A stretch of DNA of 32,000 nucleotides from NCBI GenBank assembly GCA_022646745.1, contig CP060262.1:720001-752000 (forward strand), written 5' to 3'. Below the pieces are notes generated by a model that saw nothing but the letters and a program-made list of their open reading frames with translations, was not told the origin of the DNA and did no database searches. The position numbers were made by a program, and so were the translations under genes. Below, one piece after another: positions 8,818 through 16,087 of this stretch (position 1 is the stretch's first letter; each line of letters starts with the position of its first letter). This stretch comes from Planctomycetales bacterium (GTDB lineage: Bacteria; 4484-113; JAFGCY01).

Positions 8818-9275
8818 AACTGCTTGAAGCGGGGAGCGCGGCTCCCGGATTCACGCTGCCCAACCAGCATGGCAGCAATGTCAGCCTGGCGGAGTTCCAG
8901 GGCAGCCAGCCGGTGGTGCTGATCTTCTACCCGAAGGATGCCACGGGGGGTTGAACGGCAGAATTGGCTGAGTTCAGCCGCCGCAAGGCCGAGTTCGATG
9001 AGCATGACGCAGTGCTGCTGGGGATCAGCGGTGACAGTGTGGAAAGTCACAAGGCATTTGCCGAGGACCAGTGCTACCCCTTCAACCTGCTGGCGGATAC
9101 CGACAATGCAGTCCGCAAGGCATACAAGGCGACGGATATCACCGGTCTGCTGCCGGCTCGCGTGACTTATGTAATTGGTCGCGAGGGGAAGATAGCAGGC
9201 TACTGCAACAGCGCGATCGACATGAAGCTGCATGCAGCGCGCGCGCTGGAGATCATCGAGGGTCTAGAGGTCTAA
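8814..9275 (+). CDS. Stand-alone Bcp/PrxQ-like peroxiredoxin with in-frame TGA (8952-8954) read as selenocysteine, 153 codons
   Basis: MKLLEAGSAAPGFTLPNQHGSNVSLAEFQGSQPVVLIFYPKDATGG-[TGA]-TAELAEFSRRKAEFDEHDAVLLGISGDSVESHKAFAEDQCYPFNLLADTDNAVRKAYK...RVTYVIGREGKI. The track shows only the C-terminal part (8964-9275). The N-terminal 46 codons are in the same frame. Confidence 0.8.
8966..8979 (+). promoter_or_regulatory. Candidate bacterial SECIS apical hairpin (GGCUG-AGUU-CAGCC) starting 11 nt after UGA 8952-8954
   Basis: Same offset, stem length and AGUU loop as 7783-7796. The third stem pair is C-G here and U-A there. Confidence 0.55.
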
Positions 9276-9278
9276 GCC

Positions 9279-9959
9279 CTACTTCGGGTCCTCGCCGTCT
9301 TGCTTTGGCTGGTCCTCTGCGGATCCACCATCCTCAGCACCGCTGTTTGCAGCCTGCTCACCGGTTTCCACATGCGGCATTGGCTTTCCGGTCAGCGGGT
9401 CGATCACCATCCGGCCCTGCTTGATCTCACGGTCGCGGATCAGCATCGCCTCGTTAACACGGCCGAGGTCCGCATCCTGGTAGCTCAGCAGGAACTTCCC
9501 GCCCCGGCGGCGCATCGCCATCAGCTCAATCGTGCGGTCATCATGGGTCCAGCGGGCGAAGAACTGGCTTTCACCGGTATTGCCGGCGGCTTCAGCGGTT
9601 TCACCGTTCACATCAAAGATCTTGCTGATGGTCTTTTCCACGTCCCGGCCGTCGATTTCCGCCCGCTTCTCCACGTAGATGCAGGTCCCCTCGTAGAAGC
9701 GGACCACATACTGCACTTCCTCATGGTGCCGGCAGGCGATCTCCCAGGTGCTGGTGGTGGCCACGTCATAGGCGATTTCCCAGTCCTTGCCATGCTTGTC
9801 GTCGTAGATCATCTTCGCCGCATCCTCCTGGCTCATGCCATAGCTGAAGGCCTTGTCGTTGAGGAATTCGGTCTCAGCCCAGGCCCTGAGCGGCAGCAGG
9901 CAAAGCAGCAACAGGGGCAGCAGCAGTCGCAAAACAGGCTTTGTGGTGCCATTGGTCAT
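9279..9959 (-). CDS. Secreted hypothetical protein
   Basis: Signal peptide MTNGTTKPVLRLLLPLLLLCLLPLRAWA-ETE. GGAG lies about 9 nt upstream. Protein-like composition and an acidic C-terminal tail. Convergent with the peroxiredoxin, with only 3 nt between the stop codons. Confidence 0.7.
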   Translation of the reverse strand: MTNGTTKPVLRLLLPLLLLCLLPLRAWAETEFLNDKAFSYGMSQEDAAKMIYDDKHGKDWEIAYDVATTSTWEIACRHHEEVQYVVRFYEGTCIYVEKRAEIDGRDVEKTISKIFDVNGETAEAAGNTGESQFFARWTHDDRTIELMAMRRRGGKFLLSYQDADLGRVNEAMLIRDREIKQGRMVIDPLTGKPMPHVETGEQAANSGAEDGGSAEDQPKQDGEDPK

Positions 9960-10208
9960 ATGTATCGCTCCGGGCTAAGTTTAACCGAGCCGGTCGGAGG
10001 CAGCTGTCCAGCGGCAGGCCAGCTTCTGAATAATATGGACCGCATATAGGCAAAACCGCTGAAAAATGCTAAATTATGTGTTCGATTAGGCCCGTTTCGG
10101 GCCGGATATTGTTTCGGGGCGTTAACCTCTAGCGTTATCGCACTGTGGTTGAGAGCCGCCAGGCTGCAAAGTCGGTGGCGGTGTAACAACATTTGGAGGG
10201 TTTATACG

Positions 10209-11156
10209 ATGCGGATTCTTCTTGCAGCATTAAGCCTGATCGTGCTGATCTGCAGTGCGGCCGCTGCTCCCGCGGAGCTCGAGGGCACGATTGATGCCCA
10301 CTTCGCCTCCGTCAACGCCCTGGGTGTGAACCCGGTGGACGGCATCCTTTACAGCGCCGGCAAGGATGGCCGCGTGCGTATCTGGGACCCCGACAGCCTC
10401 GAGATGATCCTCGAGGTGCAGGCCTGCCTGACCGGTGTGAACGACATCGCCGTAAGCAATGACGGTTCGCTTGTCGCCACTGCCGGCAATGACGGCTTCA
10501 TCCAGGTATGGGATGCCCTGACAGCCGAGCTTGAGCTGGCCTTCCCGGCCCACGACGGCCCGGTCAACACCCTGGCCTTTGATGTGAACGATGAGTTCCT
10601 CTACAGTGGCGGCGACGACGGTTTCGTCCGCAGCTGGGAAGTCGAGGGCGAGGATGACATCTTCGTGCTCAACTGGGAGGCCTTCACCCACGTCAACGGT
10701 GTGAACGACCTGCTGGTCAACAGCGAGGCTGAGTACATGTTCAGCGGTGGTGCGGACGGCAAGATCGCCTTCTTCGACACCCTGGCCGGTCGCCTCGAGA
10801 ACACCGTGCAGGCCTTTGAGAATGCCGAAGTGCTCTGCCTGAGCTTCGCCAAGGGTGAGGCCTGCCTTGCAGCGGGCGCCACCAACGGTGAGTTCCGCGC
10901 CTGGGACGCCGCCACCGGCACCCAGATCTGCGAAGTGCGTGCCCATGCCGGCAACGTGAACACCATCTACAGCGCCAACGGCCTCGTGGTCACCGGCGGT
11001 GAGGATGGCCACATCCGCATGTGGAACGACCACGGCCAGATGGTCGGCGACCTCCAGGCACACGTGCTTGGCGTGAACGCCTTCACCGTCAGCGATGACA
11101 CCATCTTCACCGGCGGTTCCGACTACAAGGTCCGTGTCTGGGGCGCCAACTTCTAG
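10209..11156 (+). CDS. WD40/beta-propeller repeat protein with N-terminal signal peptide
   Basis: MRILLAALSLIVLICSAAAAPAE. Repeated GG.DG.IR.WD / VN.L.. units (GKDGRVRIWD, GNDGFIQVWD, GDDGFVRSWE, GEDGHIRMWN, GSDYKVRVWG). GGAGG lies 9 nt upstream of ATG 10209, so the track start at 10149 was trimmed. Confidence 0.85.
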   Translation: MRILLAALSLIVLICSAAAAPAELEGTIDAHFASVNALGVNPVDGILYSAGKDGRVRIWDPDSLEMILEVQACLTGVNDIAVSNDGSLVATAGNDGFIQVWDALTAELELAFPAHDGPVNTLAFDVNDEFLYSGGDDGFVRSWEVEGEDDIFVLNWEAFTHVNGVNDLLVNSEAEYMFSGGADGKIAFFDTLAGRLENTVQAFENAEVLCLSFAKGEACLAAGATNGEFRAWDAATGTQICEVRAHAGNVNTIYSANGLVVTGGEDGHIRMWNDHGQMVGDLQAHVLGVNAFTVSDDTIFTGGSDYKVRVWGANF

Positions 11157-11184
11157 AAGTCGTCCTGACTGAATCTGATTTACT

Positions 11185-11216
11185 AAGGCCAGCCTGCGGG
11201 CTGGCCTTTTTGTTTT
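11185..11216 (+). terminator. Rho-independent terminator of the WD40 gene
   Basis: AAGGCCAGCC-tgcg-GGCTGGCCTT followed by TTTTGTTTT. Confidence 0.8.
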
Positions 11217-11288
11217 GCCATCTCACGCAAGCGTTCGATGGACTCTGGTTGCGCACTGGACCGGAAAGCAAGTTCCCGGATCCAGTGC
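11216..11288 (+). other. Structured repeat motif, copy B (hairpin H1 11218-11241, hairpin H2 11253-11288)
   Basis: H1 is CCATC-tc-ACGC-aa-GCGT-tc-GATGG. H2 is GCACTGG...CCAGTGC. It is homologous to 30762-30834 with compensatory substitutions in both helices. It starts directly after a terminator T-tract. Confidence 0.5.
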
Positions 11289-11808
11289 AGACATTGTAGG
11301 TAAATCGGGTTAAGCCGTAGGCGAAATTCCGCTGTAAGCGGAACTGAGCCAAGGGCGAAGTCCCGCCACAGGCGGGATCGCGCTGAAGTTATGGGAGATT
11401 GGAAGATGCACCGAGCAATCAGCCAGGAGCTCGCTTCGGGCAGTATTGCATACCCGCGATTGCTTGCATGAGCGGGAAGGAGAATCAGACTGGCTCTGCG
11501 CTGGCGCATCCGGGGCGCGCTAAAGTTGCAGTTTCACCCTGTTTCATTTGCATTGCGGCGCAATAGCCCTGCGACATCGCAGGTACAATATGTATCGATG
11601 AATCCGCGCAAGGAGACAGTCGTGGGACGTGACATGATCACACGTTTCGCCCGCACCTACCGTTGCTGCAGCGCCAAGGTGCTGCAAAACAAGCTGCTCG
11701 CCTCCACACCTACTTAATCCCCCGCGGCCCTGCCCGCATCTGCACACGTTTCCACATGCAAGCACGGCAAGTCCGTGACATTTCGTTTGATGTTCCCAGG
11801 AGACAACA

Positions 11809-13743
11809 ATGGGTGATTCAGTAGCAACAAAGATCCTCAAGCAGCATCTCGTCGACGGCGAGATCGCCCCCGGCAATGAGATCGGGATCCGCATCGACCA
11901 GACCCTGCACCAGGACGCCACCGGCACGATGGTGATGCTGGAGCTGGAGGCTATGGGCCTCGATCGCGTGAAGACGGAACTGTCCGTCACCTACGTGGAC
12001 CACAACATGCTGCAAAGCGACTTCCGCAATGCGGATGACCACCGCTACCTGCAAAGCGTGGCCCAGAAGCTCGGCATCCACTACAGCCGTCCCGGCAACG
12101 GGATCTGCCACCAGGTGCACCTTGAGCGCTTCGGCGCACCGGGCCGCACCCTGCTCGGTTCCGACTCGCACACCCCGACCGGCGGCGGACTCGGCATGAT
12201 CTCGATCGGCGCCGGCGGACTGGACGTGGCGGTGGCGGCTGGCGGCGGGGCCTACTACCTGCCCTGCCCGAAGATCATAGGCGTGCGCCTGACAGGCAAG
12301 CTGCAGCCCTGGGTGGCCAGCAAGGACATCATCCTCGAAATGCTGCGCCGCCTGACCGTGAAGGGCGGCTTCGGAAAGATCTTCGAATACCACGGCCCGG
12401 GCATCGAATGCCTGGACGTTCCGGCTCGCAGCACCGTCTGCAACATGGGTGCGGAGCTCGGCGCCACCACCAGCCTGTTCCCGAGTGACTGGCAAACGAA
12501 GAAGTACCTCGAGGCGATGGGCCGCGGTGAGGTCTGGCAGGAACTGATGCCGGACGCCGACGCCGAGTATGACGAACTGATCGAGATCAACCTCGACGAA
12601 CTGGAGCCGCTGATCGCCAAGCCGAGCAACCCGGACCTCGTGGTCCCGGTGCGTGAGGTGGCCGGCACCAAGCTGCACCAGGTCTGCGTCGGCAGCTGCA
12701 CCAACTCGAGCTACCACGACCTGGCAATTTGCGCCAATGTGCTGAAGGACAACATCGTCGCTGACAACGTCAGCATGACGCTCACCCCCGGCAGCCGCAA
12801 CGTATTCAACGAAATCGCCGCCAACGGCATGCTGGCGGACATCATCGCGGCCGGCGCGCGCATCCTCGAAAGCGCATGCGGGCCCTGCATCGGCATGGGC
12901 CAGGCCCCGCCGAGCCAGGGCGTGAGCCTGCGCACCTTCAACCGCAACTTCCTCGGCCGCAGCGGCACGAAGGACGCCTACGTCTACCTCTGCAGCCCGG
13001 AGGTGGCGGCCGTCAGCGCGCTGCGCGGCGAGATCACCGACCCGCGCGACTGGGGCGAGTACCCGGCGGTCGAGATGCCGGAGCAGTACCTCGTTGACGA
13101 CCGGATGATCATCGACCCGCCGGCGGATGCCAGCGCGGTCGTGGTTGAGCGTGGTCCGAACATCGTGCCGCTGGAGGACTTCACGGCCACCCCGGACGGG
13201 ATCGAGGCTGAGGTGATCCTCAAGACCGCTGACAACATCTCCACTGACCACATCATGCCGGCCGGTGCCAAGGTGCTGCCCTACCGCTCGAACATCCCCG
13301 AGATCAGCAAGTTCACCTTCGGCGTGGTTGACAGCGAGTTCCACGACCGCGCGATGGCCATGAAGGAAAACGGCGGCAGCATCATCATCGGTGGCAGCAA
13401 CTACGGCCAGGGCTCGTCGCGCGAGCATGCGGCGATCGCCCCGCGCTACCTCGGCGTGAAGGCCGTGATCGTGAAGGACTTCGCCCGCATCCACTGGAAC
13501 AACCTGATCAACTTCGGCATCGTGCCGCTGCAGTTCGCCGATCCGGCGGACTATGACAGCGTGGCCCAGGGCGACCGGCTCGCGATCCGCGACCTGCACA
13601 GCCAGATCCGCAATGGCAGCGAGGTCAGGGTTGACAACCTGACGAAGGGCACGAGCTTCACCGCCACACATTCGCTCAGCGGACGCCAGGTGCATGTGCT
13701 GCTGGCCGGCGGGCTGATCAACACCGTGAAGGAAGCGAGCTAG
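11809..13743 (+). CDS. Aconitase-family hydratase, ~645-aa 'Aquifex-type' architecture, with a full set of Fe-S ligand cysteines
   Basis: Carries GICHQVHLE, GSDSHT, NMGAELGAT, VGSCTNSSYHD, ACGPCIGMGQ, RTFNRNFLGRSG and GQGSSREHAA. AGGAGA lies 6 nt upstream of the ATG. Confidence 0.9.
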   Translation: MGDSVATKILKQHLVDGEIAPGNEIGIRIDQTLHQDATGTMVMLELEAMGLDRVKTELSVTYVDHNMLQSDFRNADDHRYLQSVAQKLGIHYSRPGNGICHQVHLERFGAPGRTLLGSDSHTPTGGGLGMISIGAGGLDVAVAAGGGAYYLPCPKIIGVRLTGKLQPWVASKDIILEMLRRLTVKGGFGKIFEYHGPGIECLDVPARSTVCNMGAELGATTSLFPSDWQTKKYLEAMGRGEVWQELMPDADAEYDELIEINLDELEPLIAKPSNPDLVVPVREVAGTKLHQVCVGSCTNSSYHDLAICANVLKDNIVADNVSMTLTPGSRNVFNEIAANGMLADIIAAGARILESACGPCIGMGQAPPSQGVSLRTFNRNFLGRSGTKDAYVYLCSPEVAAVSALRGEITDPRDWGEYPAVEMPEQYLVDDRMIIDPPADASAVVVERGPNIVPLEDFTATPDGIEAEVILKTADNISTDHIMPAGAKVLPYRSNIPEISKFTFGVVDSEFHDRAMAMKENGGSIIIGGSNYGQGSSREHAAIAPRYLGVKAVIVKDFARIHWNNLINFGIVPLQFADPADYDSVAQGDRLAIRDLHSQIRNGSEVRVDNLTKGTSFTATHSLSGRQVHVLLAGGLINTVKEAS

Positions 13744-13796
13744 GAGGCCAGGCAGATTGCCTGGCATTTGCCAAGCTTTCAGCTTGGCCTCCACAA

Positions 13797-13891
13797 GCAA
13801 TGAAGAATGAGTGATGAGCAATGAGCCTAAGTCAGGCAGAGGTCACCTCGCTGCTGGCGATGCTCATTGCTCACTCTTCATTGCTCATTGC
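13797..13891. repeat. Imperfect 30-nt inverted repeat built from GAGCAATGA-like units (arms 13797-13826 and 13862-13891)
   Basis: The arms are GCAATGAAGAATGAGTGATGAGCAATGAGC and GCTCATTGCTCACTCTTCATTGCTCATTGC, with 24/30 complementary positions. The inner 12 bp are perfect and the loop is 35 nt. Same architecture as 18677-18755. Confidence 0.7.
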
Positions 13892-13895
13892 TGTC

Positions 13896-13918
13896 CGGCG
13901 GCTGGGAGCCGCCGCTAC
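13896..13918 (+). repeat. REP-like hairpin CGGCGGC-tggga-GCCGCCG-CTAC
   Basis: 7-bp GC stem and 5-nt loop. Member of a family seen 6-7 times between 13.9 and 18.8 kb. Confidence 0.7.
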
Positions 13919-13962
13919 GGCTTCTATAATGACCACTCACAACGACCAGGGAGAAGAGTGAT

Positions 13963-15909
13963 ATGGGACTGACAGTTGCCCAGAAGATACTGAAGGAGCA
14001 TCTCGTCGAGGGCGAGATGGTGATCGGCCAGGAAATCGGCATCCGGATTGACCAGTGCCTGCAGCAGGACGCCACTGGCACCATGGTGATGCTGGAGCTG
14101 GAGGCGATGGGCCTGCCGCAGGTGAAGACCGATGTCAGCGTGCAGTATGTCGACCACAACCTCGTGCAGAACGACTACAAGAACGCCGACGACCACCTGT
14201 TCCTGCTGAGCGCCGCGCAGCGCTTCGGCCACTGGTATAGCCGCCCCGGCAACGGCATCAGCCACCCGGTGCACTACGAGCGCTTCGGCAAGCCCGGTGC
14301 CACGATGCTCGGCTCGGACAGCCATACCCCGGCTGCCGGCGGCATGGGCATGATCGCAATCGGTGCCGGCGGCATTGACGTGGCGATGGCCAACGCGGGC
14401 GAGCCCTTCTTCTTCAAGATGCCGAAGATCTGGGGCGTGAAGCTAACCGGCGAGCTGCCTGACTGGGTGTCCAGCAAGGACATCATCCTCGAGATGCTGC
14501 GCCGCCACGACGTGAAGGGCGGGCTGGGCTGCATCATCGAATACTACGGCCCCGGCGTTGACCAGCTCAGTGCAATGGACCGCCACGTGATCTGCAACAT
14601 GGGAGCGGAGCTCGGTGCCACCACCAGCCTGTTCGCCAGTGACGGCGTCACGAAGGAATTCCTGCGCCAGATGGGCCGCGAGGGCGACTGGAAGGAACTG
14701 CTGCCGGATGCCGATGCGAAGTATGACCGCGAGGAGCATATCGAGCTCAGTGAGCTGGAGCCGCTGATCGCCATGCCGACATCCCCGGGCAACGTTAAGA
14801 AGGTCAGCGAGGTCGCCGGCGAGAAGATCTACCAGAGCTACATCGGCAGCAGTGCCAACCCGGAGTACCGCGCGCTCGCAATGGCCAGTGAGGTTGTCAA
14901 GGAGCGCAGCGTGGCTCCCCACGTTTCCTTCGATGTCAACCCGGCCAGCCGCCAGATCCTTGAGAACATCGTCTACGACGGCTACATGACCGCCCTGATC
15001 CACAGCGGCGCGCGCATCCACCAGGCCGGCTGCAACGGCTGCATCGGCATGGGCCAGGCCCCGGCCACGCATGAGATCAGCGTGCGCACCGTGCCGCGCA
15101 ACTTCCCCGGCCGCAGTGGCACGAAGGAGGACAAGGTCTGCCTCGTCAGCCCGGAGACCGCCGTTGCCAGCGCCGTGACCGGTGTGATCACCGACCCGCG
15201 CACGCTCGGCATGCCCTACCCGAAGATCAAGGACCCCGAGAACCCGCGCCTGAACACCGAGCAGCTGCTGGCGCCGCTGCCGCTGGAGGAAGCGCTGAAG
15301 GTCGAGCTGCGCAAGGGCCCGAACGTCAAGAGCCTGCCGCTGTTTGATGAGGTGCCTGACACAATCGAGGTCAAGGTGCTGCTGAAGGTCGGTGACAACA
15401 TCACCACTGACCACATCTCACCGGCCGGCAGCCGCGTGCTGCCCTTCCGCTCGAACATCCCCGCGATCGCCGAGTTCAGCTATGAGCTGATCGACCCGGA
15501 CTACCCGAAGAACGCACTGGCAATCAAGGAGCAGGGCGGGCATGCGATCGTCGGCGGCTTCAACTACGGCCAGGGTTCATCGCGCGAGCATGCCGCCTTG
15601 GCCCCGCGCTACCTCGGCCTGCGCCTCGTGCTGGTGAAGGACTTCGCCCGCATCCACTGGCAGAACCTGATCAACTTCGGCATCCTGCCGCTGCAGTTTG
15701 ACAACGAGGCGGACTATGACGCGCTGGACAACGGCGACGTGCTTCGCATCGAGAACCTGCACCAGCAGGTGACCGACGGGCCGGAGGTGACGGTACGCAA
15801 CATGACCAGGGGCACGGACATCCCGGCGCACCATACGCTCTCGCAGCGCCAGATGGAAGTGCTGCTTAAGGGTGGCCTGATCAACTGGGTCAAGGCGAAG
15901 CATCAGTAG
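13963..15909 (+). CDS. Aconitase-family paralog lacking the first Fe-S ligand cysteine (GSSAN instead of GSCTN)
   Basis: Collinear with 11809-13743 (GSDSHT, NMGAELGAT, GCNGCIGMGQ, RTVPRNFPGRSG, GQGSSREHAA). The differences are IGSSANPEY at the position of VGSCTNSSY and GISHPVHYE at GICHQVHLE. GGGAGAAG lies upstream of the ATG. Confidence 0.9.
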   Translation: MGLTVAQKILKEHLVEGEMVIGQEIGIRIDQCLQQDATGTMVMLELEAMGLPQVKTDVSVQYVDHNLVQNDYKNADDHLFLLSAAQRFGHWYSRPGNGISHPVHYERFGKPGATMLGSDSHTPAAGGMGMIAIGAGGIDVAMANAGEPFFFKMPKIWGVKLTGELPDWVSSKDIILEMLRRHDVKGGLGCIIEYYGPGVDQLSAMDRHVICNMGAELGATTSLFASDGVTKEFLRQMGREGDWKELLPDADAKYDREEHIELSELEPLIAMPTSPGNVKKVSEVAGEKIYQSYIGSSANPEYRALAMASEVVKERSVAPHVSFDVNPASRQILENIVYDGYMTALIHSGARIHQAGCNGCIGMGQAPATHEISVRTVPRNFPGRSGTKEDKVCLVSPETAVASAVTGVITDPRTLGMPYPKIKDPENPRLNTEQLLAPLPLEEALKVELRKGPNVKSLPLFDEVPDTIEVKVLLKVGDNITTDHISPAGSRVLPFRSNIPAIAEFSYELIDPDYPKNALAIKEQGGHAIVGGFNYGQGSSREHAALAPRYLGLRLVLVKDFARIHWQNLINFGILPLQFDNEADYDALDNGDVLRIENLHQQVTDGPEVTVRNMTRGTDIPAHHTLSQRQMEVLLKGGLINWVKAKHQ

Positions 15910-15928
15910 CGGCGGCTTCCAGCCGCCG
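15906..15928 (-). repeat. REP-like hairpin in reverse orientation (GTAG-CGGCGGC-ttcca-GCCGCCG), overlapping the TAG stop of the aconitase paralog
   Basis: Exact reverse complement of the 17031-17053 copy. The stop codon 15907-15909 lies inside the GTAG tail. Confidence 0.7.
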
Positions 15929-15983
15929 ACAAGTTTGGCGGTTGGAGTGTGGAGGTTGGAGGTGCGGCGCAAGTCGCACAACC

Positions 15984-16007
15984 GTAGCGGCGACACTCAT
16001 GTCGCCG
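15984..16007 (-). repeat. REP-like hairpin variant (GTAG-CGGCGACA-ctca-TGTCGCCG)
   Basis: Same GTAGCGGCG head as the family, with a different but self-complementary stem. A further degenerate copy, GTAGCGGCGCGG..., lies at 16124-16146. Confidence 0.5.
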
Positions 16008-16051
16008 GATTGCGGAGGTCAGCTGTAAAGCTGACAACAACATTGAATCAC

Positions 16052-16080
16052 AAGGGACGGTGGCAACACCGTCCCTTTTT
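16052..16080 (+). terminator. Rho-independent terminator closing the aconitase pair
   Basis: AAGGGACGGTG-gcaa-CACCGTCCCTT plus TTTTT. It lies about 145 nt after the stop codon, downstream of four other hairpins. Confidence 0.8.
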
Positions 16081-16087
16081 AGTAATT

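Noticed and set aside
7769-8954. The two TGAs as real stops (split genes or pseudogenes), sequencing errors, or reassigned codons (TGA = Trp or Gly)
   Set aside because: Two diverged paralogs both have TGA exactly at the catalytic Cys codon, with intact homologous sequence downstream, which does not fit decay or random error. Many genes in the window clearly terminate at TGA, so genome-wide reassignment is unlikely. This remains formally unproven without seeing the Sec machinery.
11217-11520. Structured spacer as RNase P RNA, tmRNA, 6S RNA, or a cobalamin or other common riboswitch
   Set aside because: No GGAAAGUCCGG or ACAGAACCCGGCUUA-type RNase P boxes are present. There is no tRNA-like 3' end (..UCCACCA) or tag ORF for tmRNA, and no B12 box. 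It is left as unclassified.
11818-15414. Minus-strand ORFs 11818-13821 (667 aa), 14443-15414 (323 aa) and smaller ones inside the aconitase genes
   Set aside because: They are antisense shadows of two genes with unmistakable aconitase motifs. Their translations are Ala/Arg/Val/His-rich and have no domain signatures.
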